Below, piece after piece: positions 31,613 through 41,500 of a DNA stretch of 64,000 nucleotides. The position numbers and the translations under genes were made by a program. The notes under the pieces are model-generated. The model was not told the origin of the DNA and searched no databases. It saw only the letters and a list, made by a program, of their open reading frames with translations. How positions within the stretch are numbered: the stretch's first letter is position 1; each line of letters begins with the position of its first letter. Location: IMG/VR virus record IMGVR_UViG_3300032050_000004, positions 124,001 to 188,000 of that record. One strand, given 5' to 3'.

Positions 31613-32566
31613 TTAACTTCTTCTAGCTTTGTCAGCTGCAGATTGTTCTGCTTGATTTCTTTTTTCAATTTCTTCTGAAATTCTTTGTAATGACCACCTT
31701 CTCTCAACCGTAGACATGTTGTAAATATCTTCTCTATTTACACCTTTCCCATAGTACCAAATTAAAAAAACTTCCTCCCACAAGTTTGATTTATAAGAAG
31801 GATCAAGTGTAAAAATTGTATCATTTATGTATAAATAAGTAGAATACTCTTCGTTACAATTATTGCATTTTATTGGTATATTACTATCAATTCCCGGCTC
31901 AACCATTTCCATATACTCTCTCAAATCAGTTGAATCTCTAATAGGAAATTTCTTTATAATTTTCGATATATATATCTTATCAGTAATTCCATTTATACTG
32001 TGTATTTGATTTTGAAATTTTAAGGTAACACTTGAATTATATTTTTTATTATCTTTTTTCTCTTTTTCTATCGAGACATTTATGCTTTTTTCATGTTTTA
32101 CTCTCAAAGGTTCAAATTTGATTATTACTTTTTCGCCATTTAATTTCATTTTAGGCATTTCAAAAGTAAATAAACCATCTTCATCGGGCTTTTCTGTTAT
32201 TTCCTTTGCTCCTAAACTTGATAATTCAAATTTAGTTTCACCAGTAATTTTGCAACTTGGACATTCTGTAATTATCGGAAAATTATCACCATAAGATGTA
32301 GATCTTAAATATAGTAAAATTGATTGTTTGTCACCAACCAATAAATCATTTATATCAAATTCCTTATTTATAATTACAGAATTTAAAACTAAATCTAAAC
32401 CATATCCATTTTCCATTAAGGAAGGTTGGGTCAATACATTCTCTTCCCTTGCGGTTATATATTTTACATACAACACCGAGGTTTTTGAAGAATAAAAAAG
32501 TCCCATACTAGGCAAGGTAATTGCGTCGAATGGGACATCTATGTTTTGTATAAAGTTAAAATTCAC
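31613..32566 (-). CDS. T4 gp26-like baseplate hub assembly protein with C-terminal extension
   Basis: LPSMGLFY, TAREENVLT, LLVGDKQSILLYLRSTSYG, CPSC and CNNC, plus an extra ~60-aa tail; GTG start. Confidence 0.75.
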   Translation of the reverse strand: MNFNFIQNIDVPFDAITLPSMGLFYSSKTSVLYVKYITAREENVLTQPSLMENGYGLDLVLNSVIINKEFDINDLLVGDKQSILLYLRSTSYGDNFPIITECPSCKITGETKFELSSLGAKEITEKPDEDGLFTFEMPKMKLNGEKVIIKFEPLRVKHEKSINVSIEKEKKDNKKYNSSVTLKFQNQIHSINGITDKIYISKIIKKFPIRDSTDLREYMEMVEPGIDSNIPIKCNNCNEEYSTYLYINDTIFTLDPSYKSNLWEEVFLIWYYGKGVNREDIYNMSTVERRWSLQRISEEIEKRNQAEQSAADKARRS

Positions 32567-32583
32567 ATAGTTTTTTTTAATAA

Positions 32584-33462
32584 TTAAATTTTGGCATTAG
32601 GCCAGAATAATTTTGGTGTAATAGGAATGTCACCATCAAAATTATGACTACAATTTGTACATGTGTAATTTGTTTCGAGTTTCAACCCCGGTTCAACTTC
32701 AGCTACATACTCTCTCAAAAATAAACTATCGATAGCAGGCATATTTGAAATTGCTTTTTTAATTTGAAGTTTATCTCTATTTCCATTTACTTCCATAATC
32801 TGTAATAAAAATCTTTCAGTTAAGAGGTTGGAATATACAACTCCCTTTTTACCCTTCTTGTTTTTTCCAGAAAGTTGAGAAAGATAATTTTCATCTTTAC
32901 CATTCAATAATCTGAATTTTACTTTCCATTTAGATTTGGGAAGATCAACAAAAAATTCTCCATTACTATCTGGCATAGACTCTAATGGTTTTGGTTCTAT
33001 TTCAGAAATTTTTACGATTGTAGAAAAATCTTCACTACAATCAGGACAGTTGATTTTTACTTCATAATCATCACCATAACCTTCTTTTCTCAAATACATC
33101 AATACTGCATTTCTATCGCCAACAACCATATCATCAGCATTCAATGAATTATCAATAATTGCATTATCTAAAAGAACATCTAATACTTTTCCGTTTCTAA
33201 TTAGATCAGGAGAGGTAAGAATATTTTCATCCTCAGCTGTCAAATGTTTAATTTTTACTACAGATTGTTTATTTCTGTAGAAAACACCTTTTGATGGTAA
33301 TTGCACTGTGTCTGTTATTACTGGAAATTCATCATCTACAATTTGATTTAACATGTATTCTGGAATTTCTGCATTGTTCATTGCAGCAGCAGCAACATTT
33401 ACTTTTTCTTGATCAACAGGTCTTTTCTGACCAAGGTTAATGACGTTATCTTGTTCGCTCAT
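32584..33462 (-). CDS. T4 gp26-like baseplate hub assembly protein
   Basis: LPSKGVFY, LTAEDENILTS, VGDRNAVLMYLRKEGYG, CPDC and CTNC, ends LFWP. Confidence 0.8.
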   Translation of the reverse strand: MSEQDNVINLGQKRPVDQEKVNVAAAAMNNAEIPEYMLNQIVDDEFPVITDTVQLPSKGVFYRNKQSVVKIKHLTAEDENILTSPDLIRNGKVLDVLLDNAIIDNSLNADDMVVGDRNAVLMYLRKEGYGDDYEVKINCPDCSEDFSTIVKISEIEPKPLESMPDSNGEFFVDLPKSKWKVKFRLLNGKDENYLSQLSGKNKKGKKGVVYSNLLTERFLLQIMEVNGNRDKLQIKKAISNMPAIDSLFLREYVAEVEPGLKLETNYTCTNCSHNFDGDIPITPKLFWPNAKI

Positions 33463-33539
33463 AATTTATTTTTGTTTATAACTATATTTCAAAAAAAATA
33501 TATGATAAAAATTAAATAATAAACGAAAAATGTAAATTA

Positions 33540-33983
33540 TTAATTTATTTTTTTTAAAATTTCTGATTTTATAAAATCGGGATTATCATAAATATCATGT
33601 TCCCAAAATCTCAAAATTTCATAGCCCAAACCTTTAGCTATTATATCTTTATCTTTGTCGTTTCTTTTAGATCTTTTTTGTATTTCATTTAGTTCAGAAT
33701 ATTCTTTTCCAAACCCATGCCAATAATCACCATCAACTTCTATTAAAAGATTAGCTTTAGGTACAAAATAATCAAATATTTTATCTTTTATAATTTTTTG
33801 ACTGAAATGATATATATCCATTTCATTCAATATCTCACCTAAACGAATTTCGGGACCAGTGGGGTTCCAATACATTTTTTTTGCTTGTTTCTCCACATAG
33901 TTTTTTTTCTGAGTTGGAGTTTTTGGAATCTTTAATTTTTTTTTCTCCTGTTTTAACAACCAGTTTATTTTGGATTTTGACAT
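33540..33983 (-). CDS. Vsr/DUF559-like PD-(D/E)xK endonuclease
   Basis: TGPE, FDYF, IEVDGDYWHG, and GYEILRFWE motifs. Confidence 0.85.
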   Translation of the reverse strand: MSKSKINWLLKQEKKKLKIPKTPTQKKNYVEKQAKKMYWNPTGPEIRLGEILNEMDIYHFSQKIIKDKIFDYFVPKANLLIEVDGDYWHGFGKEYSELNEIQKRSKRNDKDKDIIAKGLGYEILRFWEHDIYDNPDFIKSEILKKIN

Positions 33984-33994
33984 ATTTTCTTTTT

Positions 33995-34024
33995 AAAAAA
34001 ACCCACTCTTTTTTAAGGAGTGGG
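33995..34024 (-). terminator. Rho-independent terminator
   Basis: CCCACTCCT/AAGAGTGGG stem then T7 on the minus strand, after 34065..34823. Confidence 0.7.
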
Positions 34025-34064
34025 CTCAATCTAACAACTAAAAATCAACTAAAACTATGAACAA

Positions 34065-34823
34065 TTATTTTTTACCTTTAGAAGGTGATGTTGTTACAGG
34101 TGCGTGATTTGGTAATATATGATGACGACGTGTTCCAGAAACTCTTATTGAAGGGTGGGGTAACATTCTTTCTTCGTCTATCTCTTTTTTATTTTTTTTA
34201 TTAATTATAGCTTTTTGCAATTCATCTGGAAGTTCTGATTGTTTACCTTTAAGGGCAGGATCTTCATCGTATTTATCTGAAAATTCTAATTCTTCTTCTA
34301 AATCTTCATCAACTTCATCTAATGTTTTTGACACAGGTGAATGATATGGTAAATTTTCTTTATTTCTTCCCGGAGTTCTTGTTTTGTCAGGAAATGCTAA
34401 CATTCTCTCTTCCATATTAGCCCCTTTAGCACAACAATCATCACACCAAGTTTTTGCTTCATCTTCTGTGTCAAAATATTTATTATCGTCTACCTCACTA
34501 TTTTTGAAAACAATTGCTAAAAATTTATCAGAAGCATTTATTCCATCTCTTGGAGAGATTATTTTACTATCATATGAATCCATATCTTCCATATCAAAAT
34601 TCTCATCTTGATCTTCGGCTAATTTCTTTGCTTGGGCTGTAGCTATAGCGTAAGTTTTTGGAGTTTTTCCATACTTAGACTTAAGAGCTTTTACCAATTC
34701 TTCTTTCTTTTCTTCTTCGGCAGGTGTCAGGGGCCTTTCCTGAATATATCCGTCTCCGGGCATTTCAGACATAATTTTCCTAACTTCTTCTTTAATTAAG
34801 GATCTGATATCAATTTTTGCCAT
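34065..34823 (-). CDS. Putative head-internal modular protein
   Basis: N-terminal IRSLIKEEVRKIMSE tag, multiple [LIM]xE sites, and duplicated ERML..P..R..G.....LP.H.PV modules. Confidence 0.6.
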   Translation of the reverse strand: MAKIDIRSLIKEEVRKIMSEMPGDGYIQERPLTPAEEEKKEELVKALKSKYGKTPKTYAIATAQAKKLAEDQDENFDMEDMDSYDSKIISPRDGINASDKFLAIVFKNSEVDDNKYFDTEDEAKTWCDDCCAKGANMEERMLAFPDKTRTPGRNKENLPYHSPVSKTLDEVDEDLEEELEFSDKYDEDPALKGKQSELPDELQKAIINKKNKKEIDEERMLPHPSIRVSGTRRHHILPNHAPVTTSPSKGKK

Positions 34824-34858
34824 TATATTATCTTATTTAATAATAAATAGCAAGAAAA

Positions 34859-35185
34859 TTATTCTATTATATTAAGATTTTTTATACCTTCTTTTTTGAA
34901 AGATTTCATGTTTACATTTTTCGGATTCAATCCTTTTGACTCCAAAAATTCATTTAAAGTCATAAAAATGTCAGAATAATACTCTTTTATGCAGTTTTCA
35001 TAAGCAAGAAGTTGTTCTTGAGATAAACCCTCTGGATTAATCTCATAACCAGAAAGGTATTTTACATCATTTTTATTAAAGTCTTTGTAAGAATTAAAAC
35101 TTTCTTTTAAAAATGACGGATTAATAATAAGTCTTTCTGATTTTGATCCGTCTTCTTTTAGATATTCAAATTTAGCTTTTTTCAT
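34859..35185 (-). CDS. Hypothetical protein
   Basis: 108-aa ORF. Confidence 0.65.
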   Translation of the reverse strand: MKKAKFEYLKEDGSKSERLIINPSFLKESFNSYKDFNKNDVKYLSGYEINPEGLSQEQLLAYENCIKEYYSDIFMTLNEFLESKGLNPKNVNMKSFKKEGIKNLNIIE

Positions 35186-35256
35186 ATTACTATAATTTTC
35201 ATAGATAAAAGTAAAAATTTTTTATAATATTTACTAATAAACAAAACAAAAACATT

Positions 35257-35472
35257 ATGGATACTTTAACAACAACAGTAGCAGACAGCATTTCGACAGC
35301 AGTAACAAACAATGTTCCTAGTTTCGGAATTTTTGAGCAATTAGCCAATTACGGTGCCTTAGGATTAGCAGCTTTAGCTTTAGGAGCAGTATGTTGGATA
35401 TTCATCAAAAGACATTTAGATGAAAAAGACAGATTGCAGAGAAAATTAGATGAAATGGATAAGAACAAATGA
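35257..35472 (+). CDS. Small single-TM holin-like protein (paralogue 1)
   Basis: One TM segment plus charged coiled tail; shares PSFGIFExLxxYGALG with the next ORF. Confidence 0.55.
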   Translation: MDTLTTTVADSISTAVTNNVPSFGIFEQLANYGALGLAALALGAVCWIFIKRHLDEKDRLQRKLDEMDKNK

Positions 35473-35765
35473 TTTTATTACAAGCTTCACCAGTACCATC
35501 TTTCGGAATATTTGAAACCCTTACCCAATATGGGGCTTTGGGTGTTATTACATTAGGTTTAGGAGCTGCTCTATGGTTTTTGTTGAAAAGACAAATAGCT
35601 TCAGAAGATAGATTAAAATCTCAAGTTGAGGATTTACAAAAAGAATTAAATAATTACGTCAAAAATGATGCTGTAAATATGAAAAATTCTGTAGATAATA
35701 ATACTAGAGCACTTCAAGATCTAAAAGATATTATTCTTCAATCTTCAATAAAACAGAAAAGATAA
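35469..35765 (+). CDS. Small single-TM holin-like protein (paralogue 2)
   Basis: One TM segment plus coiled coil, BhlA-like layout; overlaps the previous stop. Confidence 0.55.
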   Translation: MILLQASPVPSFGIFETLTQYGALGVITLGLGAALWFLLKRQIASEDRLKSQVEDLQKELNNYVKNDAVNMKNSVDNNTRALQDLKDIILQSSIKQKR

Positions 35766-36139
35766 TGAGTAAATCAAATAAAATTTTATATTCAGTTCTA
35801 GGAAGTGTAGTTATCCTTGTTGTATTAAATATTTTATTTGCCGGAACAGGACACGTTAAAGTTGTAGAGTCAAATGTTACTTTGACTGAATCAAACAATA
35901 AATTAACACAAGAAAACCAAAAGTTGACAACCGAAAATCAAGAATTGAAAGTTATGACCGATTCGTTGATTGTAGCAGGAGATTCACTGAAAAATGAAGT
36001 TTCAACTTTAGAAAATAAAGTAGATAACTATGAAACTCAAATTGAACAGGTTGATAACAATAATAGGGCTAATGATAATTTTTCTAAGCCCTATAAAATC
36101 GTTGTGCCAATCACAGAAATATCCGATAGTACGAATTAG
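35765..36139 (+). CDS. Membrane-anchored coiled-coil protein (i-spanin-like layout)
   Basis: N-terminal TM segment followed by a heptad coiled coil. Confidence 0.45.
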   Translation: MSKSNKILYSVLGSVVILVVLNILFAGTGHVKVVESNVTLTESNNKLTQENQKLTTENQELKVMTDSLIVAGDSLKNEVSTLENKVDNYETQIEQVDNNNRANDNFSKPYKIVVPITEISDSTN

Positions 36140-36551
36140 TGGCAAGGATACTGTTGTTGTAATGACAGTAAAACAAGCCGATGCAATCAATTTAAGATTG
36201 CAAAAAATGCAATCACAATTAGATAGTTTAAAGAAAGTTGTAGAAGAAAAGGATTTGGCTTTAAAAAGCAATAAATCATGTGATTCTTTAGAAACAAAAT
36301 TTCAAGATATGTCTCACGGACCAACTTTTATTTATAATTATAAAAATGATATATATACTTTAGATTTAAGTTTATATAAGATTAAATTAAATAATCTTGG
36401 TAGGGTTAAACTTAAAAAAATGACCAGATGGGAGATTGGGAGATATTTTGAACTTTTAAATGGTAACTCTAATAATACAATTGATTGGAAGGAGACATTC
36501 AGAGATTATAATTTACCCTTGATAGAAGACAATAAATTGCTACAATTCTAA
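36030..36551 (+). CDS. Exported coiled-coil protein overlapping the previous gene
   Basis: Hydrophobic leader with Cys (KSLC, weak lipobox); overlaps the upstream ORF by up to 110 nt. Confidence 0.5.
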   Translation: MKLKLNRLITIIGLMIIFLSPIKSLCQSQKYPIVRISGKDTVVVMTVKQADAINLRLQKMQSQLDSLKKVVEEKDLALKSNKSCDSLETKFQDMSHGPTFIYNYKNDIYTLDLSLYKIKLNNLGRVKLKKMTRWEIGRYFELLNGNSNNTIDWKETFRDYNLPLIEDNKLLQF

Positions 36552-36556
36552 AATTT

Positions 36557-37963
36557 ATGAAAAATTTTATTTTTTTAGTTTTTTTATTTACATTATTATT
36601 TAATTCTTTATTTGGTCAAATACCTACAAGATTAATAGTAAATCCGGGTTTTGAACAACCTTCATTAGGTTGTACCAATTGTTATAACTTATTTCCAGTA
36701 GCTAGTGTTCCCGGTTGGAAAACTACAGATCCAACTGCTGTAATAGAAATTTGGGGTACTGGTTTTCAAAGCAAAACTTCACGTTCAGGAATTCAATTTG
36801 CTGAAATAAATGCGAACAATTCAGCTTTTTTATATCAAGAGTTATGTTTAGCTCCCAATGAAGTTGTTAATTATTCTATTTGGTATTTGAAAAGGACTAC
36901 AAATACAGAACAGATGAGAGCACAATTGACTGAATTAAATAATACTGTTATATCTCAATCTGTAGTTTATACAGCAACAAATAGTTGGGTTAATTATACG
37001 GGCACTTTGACAAATAATGGTACAGGAGGTTTAAAAAGAATAGGTTTTGTTGCTGTTACTGGTGGATCTACAGGTAACTTGATTGATGATATTACTATAT
37101 CATTAAAACCAATAATTAGTCTAAAAAACTTTACGCCTTCTAGACAAAATGAAGGTGTTCAAACAAATTTAATTTTAATTGTAAATGGTACATTGACATC
37201 TCCGGCAACAATTAATTTAAATTTAACGGGTACTGCCACTTATCCAAATGATTTTACAATAGGTAATCCTAGCAGAGGGACAATTTCAATTAATTCAGGA
37301 AATATAACTTTAAATCTGCCATCTGGAGATTATAATCCAAATTTAAACTCTGGAACCAATCTAGGTGAAATATCAATTCCGATAACAGGGTTGACAGATG
37401 GAATCAATGAACCAAGTGAAACAATTACATATACTCTTTCATCTGTATCAGGAGGTGGAATCAACTTTCCACTTGTTGCTGGTCTAAATGGTATAGGAGC
37501 AAATTGTTCAACATATATAGGCTCTGTCACGGATACAATAAATAATTTTTCACCACTACCAATACAATTACTTTATTTCTTGGGATTTGTGAAAAATGAA
37601 AAGGTTGAACTTAACTGGAAAACTGCTAGTGAAATAAATAATGATTATTTTACTGTTTATGAATCTAACAATTTAAATGATTTAAATGAATTAATTAGGA
37701 TAGATGGTGCAGGAAATTCAAATTTTCCTAGAGAATATTCCTGTGTTGATTTAACTCCATCAAAATATTATAAATTATGTCAAACAGATTATGATGGTAA
37801 ATATGAATGTTTCGATTGGATTTCAGTTAATTTAAATAGTAAGGAAGACCCAATATATAGAATTTATGATGTTTTCGGAAGAGAAACCAGCTTGGATCAC
37901 GAAGGAGTAATAATCATAGTGGATGAGAGAGGAAAAGCACAAAAAATTTTAATTAAAAAATAA
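36557..37963 (+). CDS. Secreted protein resembling Bacteroidota T9SS cargo
   Basis: Sec signal peptide, NPGFEQP beta-sandwich start, PLPIQLLYF..VELNWKTASEINNDYF module, and C-terminal IYDVFGRE...KILIKK. Confidence 0.7.
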   Translation: MKNFIFLVFLFTLLFNSLFGQIPTRLIVNPGFEQPSLGCTNCYNLFPVASVPGWKTTDPTAVIEIWGTGFQSKTSRSGIQFAEINANNSAFLYQELCLAPNEVVNYSIWYLKRTTNTEQMRAQLTELNNTVISQSVVYTATNSWVNYTGTLTNNGTGGLKRIGFVAVTGGSTGNLIDDITISLKPIISLKNFTPSRQNEGVQTNLILIVNGTLTSPATINLNLTGTATYPNDFTIGNPSRGTISINSGNITLNLPSGDYNPNLNSGTNLGEISIPITGLTDGINEPSETITYTLSSVSGGGINFPLVAGLNGIGANCSTYIGSVTDTINNFSPLPIQLLYFLGFVKNEKVELNWKTASEINNDYFTVYESNNLNDLNELIRIDGAGNSNFPREYSCVDLTPSKYYKLCQTDYDGKYECFDWISVNLNSKEDPIYRIYDVFGRETSLDHEGVIIIVDERGKAQKILIKK

Positions 37964-37979
37964 AAAAAATAATTATTTA

Positions 37980-38501
37980 TTGTTAGATAAATTAAATATA
38001 GTGAAAGATAATCATTTAATGTGTGGTTTTGAATCAATTAAGGATTTGGTAAAAAGTGCTTTTGGATTAGACCATATTTATACAAACACAGTAATCGCTT
38101 CAATAGGAGCTATATCAACATTTATAACATCATATATATATGATGATGCTCAAGCAATTTATGTATTACTCGGGTTTATAGCTTTTGATTCTTTGACAGG
38201 AATTTTAAAAGCTTTTAAACAAAATATATTTTCTTCAGCCAAATTACCCAGAATATTAGTTATTATGGTATTGTATGTTTCTTTGTTGAGTTTGGGTTGG
38301 AATTTGGCAAAAGTTGACGATATATTTAGTTGGTTACCGGGAACACTTTATTTTGGTTTTATTAGCACACTTGTAATTTCTATCATAGAAAACCTTCATG
38401 CTTTAAATGTAATTTCTGATGAAATATATAATCACATGAAGAAAAAAATGAAATTAGTCCAAGAAATATTTTTTGGGAAAGGTAAGTCAAGAAACGATTA
38501 A
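37980..38501 (+). CDS. Phage holin (toxin secretion/phage lysis holin-like)
   Basis: Three or four TM segments, FDSLTGILKA..FSSAKL, ISIIENL, and a basic C-terminus. Confidence 0.75.
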   Translation: MLDKLNIVKDNHLMCGFESIKDLVKSAFGLDHIYTNTVIASIGAISTFITSYIYDDAQAIYVLLGFIAFDSLTGILKAFKQNIFSSAKLPRILVIMVLYVSLLSLGWNLAKVDDIFSWLPGTLYFGFISTLVISIIENLHALNVISDEIYNHMKKKMKLVQEIFFGKGKSRND

Positions 38502-41500
38502 ACAATTATTTTTCTGAATGGGGCAGAATTAGTGAAATTCAAGAACCCTTTTTTATTTTTAAAGAACTTTGTTACATAAAAACAATTTGTCTCTAAAATC
38601 AATCTCATCCTTTCATATAGATCATTGTTCATGGTAACCTTTTTGGTTGCAGCACCATCAGAAATTGTCAAAACATAATAATTTGATCCATCCCATTGAG
38701 CAGTTTTTTTCTCAATATGATTTATCATAAAATAATAAAATTTATTTGTATCCTCAAAATTCAAGGCTGAATCTATATTTAGACCAGTTGCTTTCATGAA
38801 TTGTTCTTTTACACTCGCTATTTTATTTAATAAATTTAAATCTAATGAACAAATTTCTAGAAACTGATCATATCTAATCTGATCTGTAGTCTTTTCAAAA
38901 TCTTTATTTTTAAATTTTCTTTCAGCAACCGTCAAAACTGTATCGACATCGTTTGTGAACATATCTAATTGGTTGCTTTGCTTATATTTTATCTGTTTCA
39001 TTTCTATGAGTTCTTCTCTAGAATTTGACCAATCATCAAACAAACCAGCTTTCAAACATGATTCAAAATTTGTTTTATTGAATTTAGACCATTTTGTTGA
39101 GAAAAACATTTCTTTATCCATTAATTCGACTCTGTTATTCTTTAATTCTTTGAAAGCTATTTCTCCCATACCATTTATTGAAGAATAACCCATAGCAATA
39201 ATTTTATCTTCAATAATCGTCCAATCCCAGTTTGATTTTCTATTAGGAGGAACAATTTTTATTCCTTTCGACATTGCAGATAAAAGTGCTGAATTTAACC
39301 ATGCTTTATTTTTTTCATCATCATTACCAGTTTTTGGATGATTTAGAAGAGCACAATAAAATTCAGTTGGATAATAATGTTTTAAAAATAATGTTTGTGC
39401 TGCAACATAGCTATAACTCAAACTGTGACTCAAATTAAATGAATAGCCAAGATATTTAATTAACCAAGATTCAATTTTTTCAACGTCTTCTACAGACAAG
39501 CCTTTTGCAATCGCACCATCGATGAATTTTTTCCACAAATCCTTATAGGATTTGTAATTTTTATTATTTTCTTCATCATTTGATAACTCTTTTCCCTCTA
39601 ATTTTTTTGATATTATCTTACCTGCACCATCCATTGCCTTACGCAAATTATCCCCTTCACCTAAACTCATTCCTCCTATTTGATTAGCAATAAACATCAA
39701 TTGTTCTTGATATATTAAAACTCCATTTGTTTTTTCTAACAGTGGAGCTAATATACTATGGGCATAAGTTCTTTTTTCAGGCTCAAATTTATTTTTAATA
39801 AATTCTTCATGAGCCTTAATTCCCATCGGTCCGGGACGATACAATGCGTTTGCTGCTACTAATTCGTCAAAATTTTCGCATTTCATAGATTTTAACATTG
39901 CATTCATACCTTCAGACTCAAACTGAAAAATACCTTGATTAAAACCTAATCTCAATTCATCATACAGATTTTTATCTTCTAAATTAACATAATCTACTTC
40001 TAATTGGACCTTATCACCTATTTCATCTCCATGTCTTTCTCTTATATATTTTATGCAATCTTTTATAACGTTTAATGTTTCTAATTTTAAACGATCAAGT
40101 TTTAATATACCAATAGAAGAAAGGTCTTTTGCATTTCCTGATTCTTGGAAACCAGAAACTATTTGACCTTTGCAAATATTAACTGGCATACTCTCCCAAA
40201 TTGGGCCCGGTGTTATTACAATTCCAGCAGCATGTTTTCCAAGATTTCTTAATTGACCTTGTAATTTTAATGTATTATCAATAACCTCTTTATTGTGTGG
40301 ATCTAAAATCCACTTCCTTACCCTATCGCTACACATAGGATCATTTGGCCAATGTATTAACCATTCCTCAAGCGAAGAATCCCATTTTGTTGGCATTTCC
40401 TTAGTGACGGCAAAAATATCACTTTCGAATCCAGTGTCTTGACCTAGAGCTCTAGCAACATCTTTTATACAACCTTTTTCATTGAAGGTTCCAAACGTAA
40501 TTACTGGAACTACACGTTCTTTTCCATATTTTCCATAAAGAAAATTTAATGTCTTTTCATCTGTGCCAGCTTCAAAATCTGTATCAATATCCGGCATAGA
40601 TTTTCTCTCTGGATTTAAGAATCTTTCAAAATATAAATCAAATCTTACAGGATCAATTTTTGTAATATCTAAACACCATGATAATAAGCTTCCGGCAGCG
40701 GAACCACGTCCCGGACCTGTTGCTATATCATTATCTTTACAAAATCTAATTAGCTCCCAAACGACCAAAAAATAATCAAGTACTTTTTTATCTTCAATAA
40801 CTTTTAACTCATAATCTAGACGGTCATAATAAATTTTTTCTTTTTCGTAATCAATTTTTACAACACCCGTCTTTTCGTAATCCTTTAATTTTTGTTTTAA
40901 TTTAGCTTTAGATAGTTTTTGAATTATTTCTATTGTGTTATCTGTTTTAAAATATTTTATAACATCAGGTGTAGGTTCATATTTAGGGTACTTATCATCG
41001 GTCATTTCAAATTCAAAATTGCATTTTTCAGCGACCTTCAAAGTATTATCTAAACAAAAGTCTACATAGTGTTCAGGATAATTAAAACCTAAACGTTTAT
41101 TCATTTCGTGAAAATTCTCGAAATTTGTATAATATAATTCTCTTGCTTGTAATGAAAACGCTCTTCCTACTGGTTGACTTTGGTTTATTGCAATTAAAAT
41201 ATCCTGTAATCTATTATCTTCCGGCATAGCATAATGAACGTCCCCAGTTAAAATTGGTTGTAAATCATGCTTTTTAATCATTTTTAAAATGAATTTATTA
41301 TAGATTTTTTGTTCTTCAATTTCATTAAATTGAAGTTCTGCATAAAAATCATCACCAAATTCTCTTTTAAATAATAAAATTCTTTCTTCAGCTTCTTTTT
41401 CTTTACCCTCAGATATCAATCTGGCAAATTTTGATGCCATACAGGAGGATGTAACAATTAATCCTTTTTTATTTTCAATTAACCACTCAGTAGTAATTCT

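Noticed and set aside
32560-32600. -1 frameshift fusing the two gp26-like genes
   Set aside because: The downstream gene is in the -1 frame, but that frame is open for only about three codons before the upstream stop, and there is no in-frame X-XXY-YYZ slippery site.
33540-33983. Mobile homing endonuclease, intron or intein
   Set aside because: It is a free-standing Vsr/DUF559-like gene and the flanking genes are uninterrupted. No intein was evident in DnaE, the helicase or the visible part of NrdJ.
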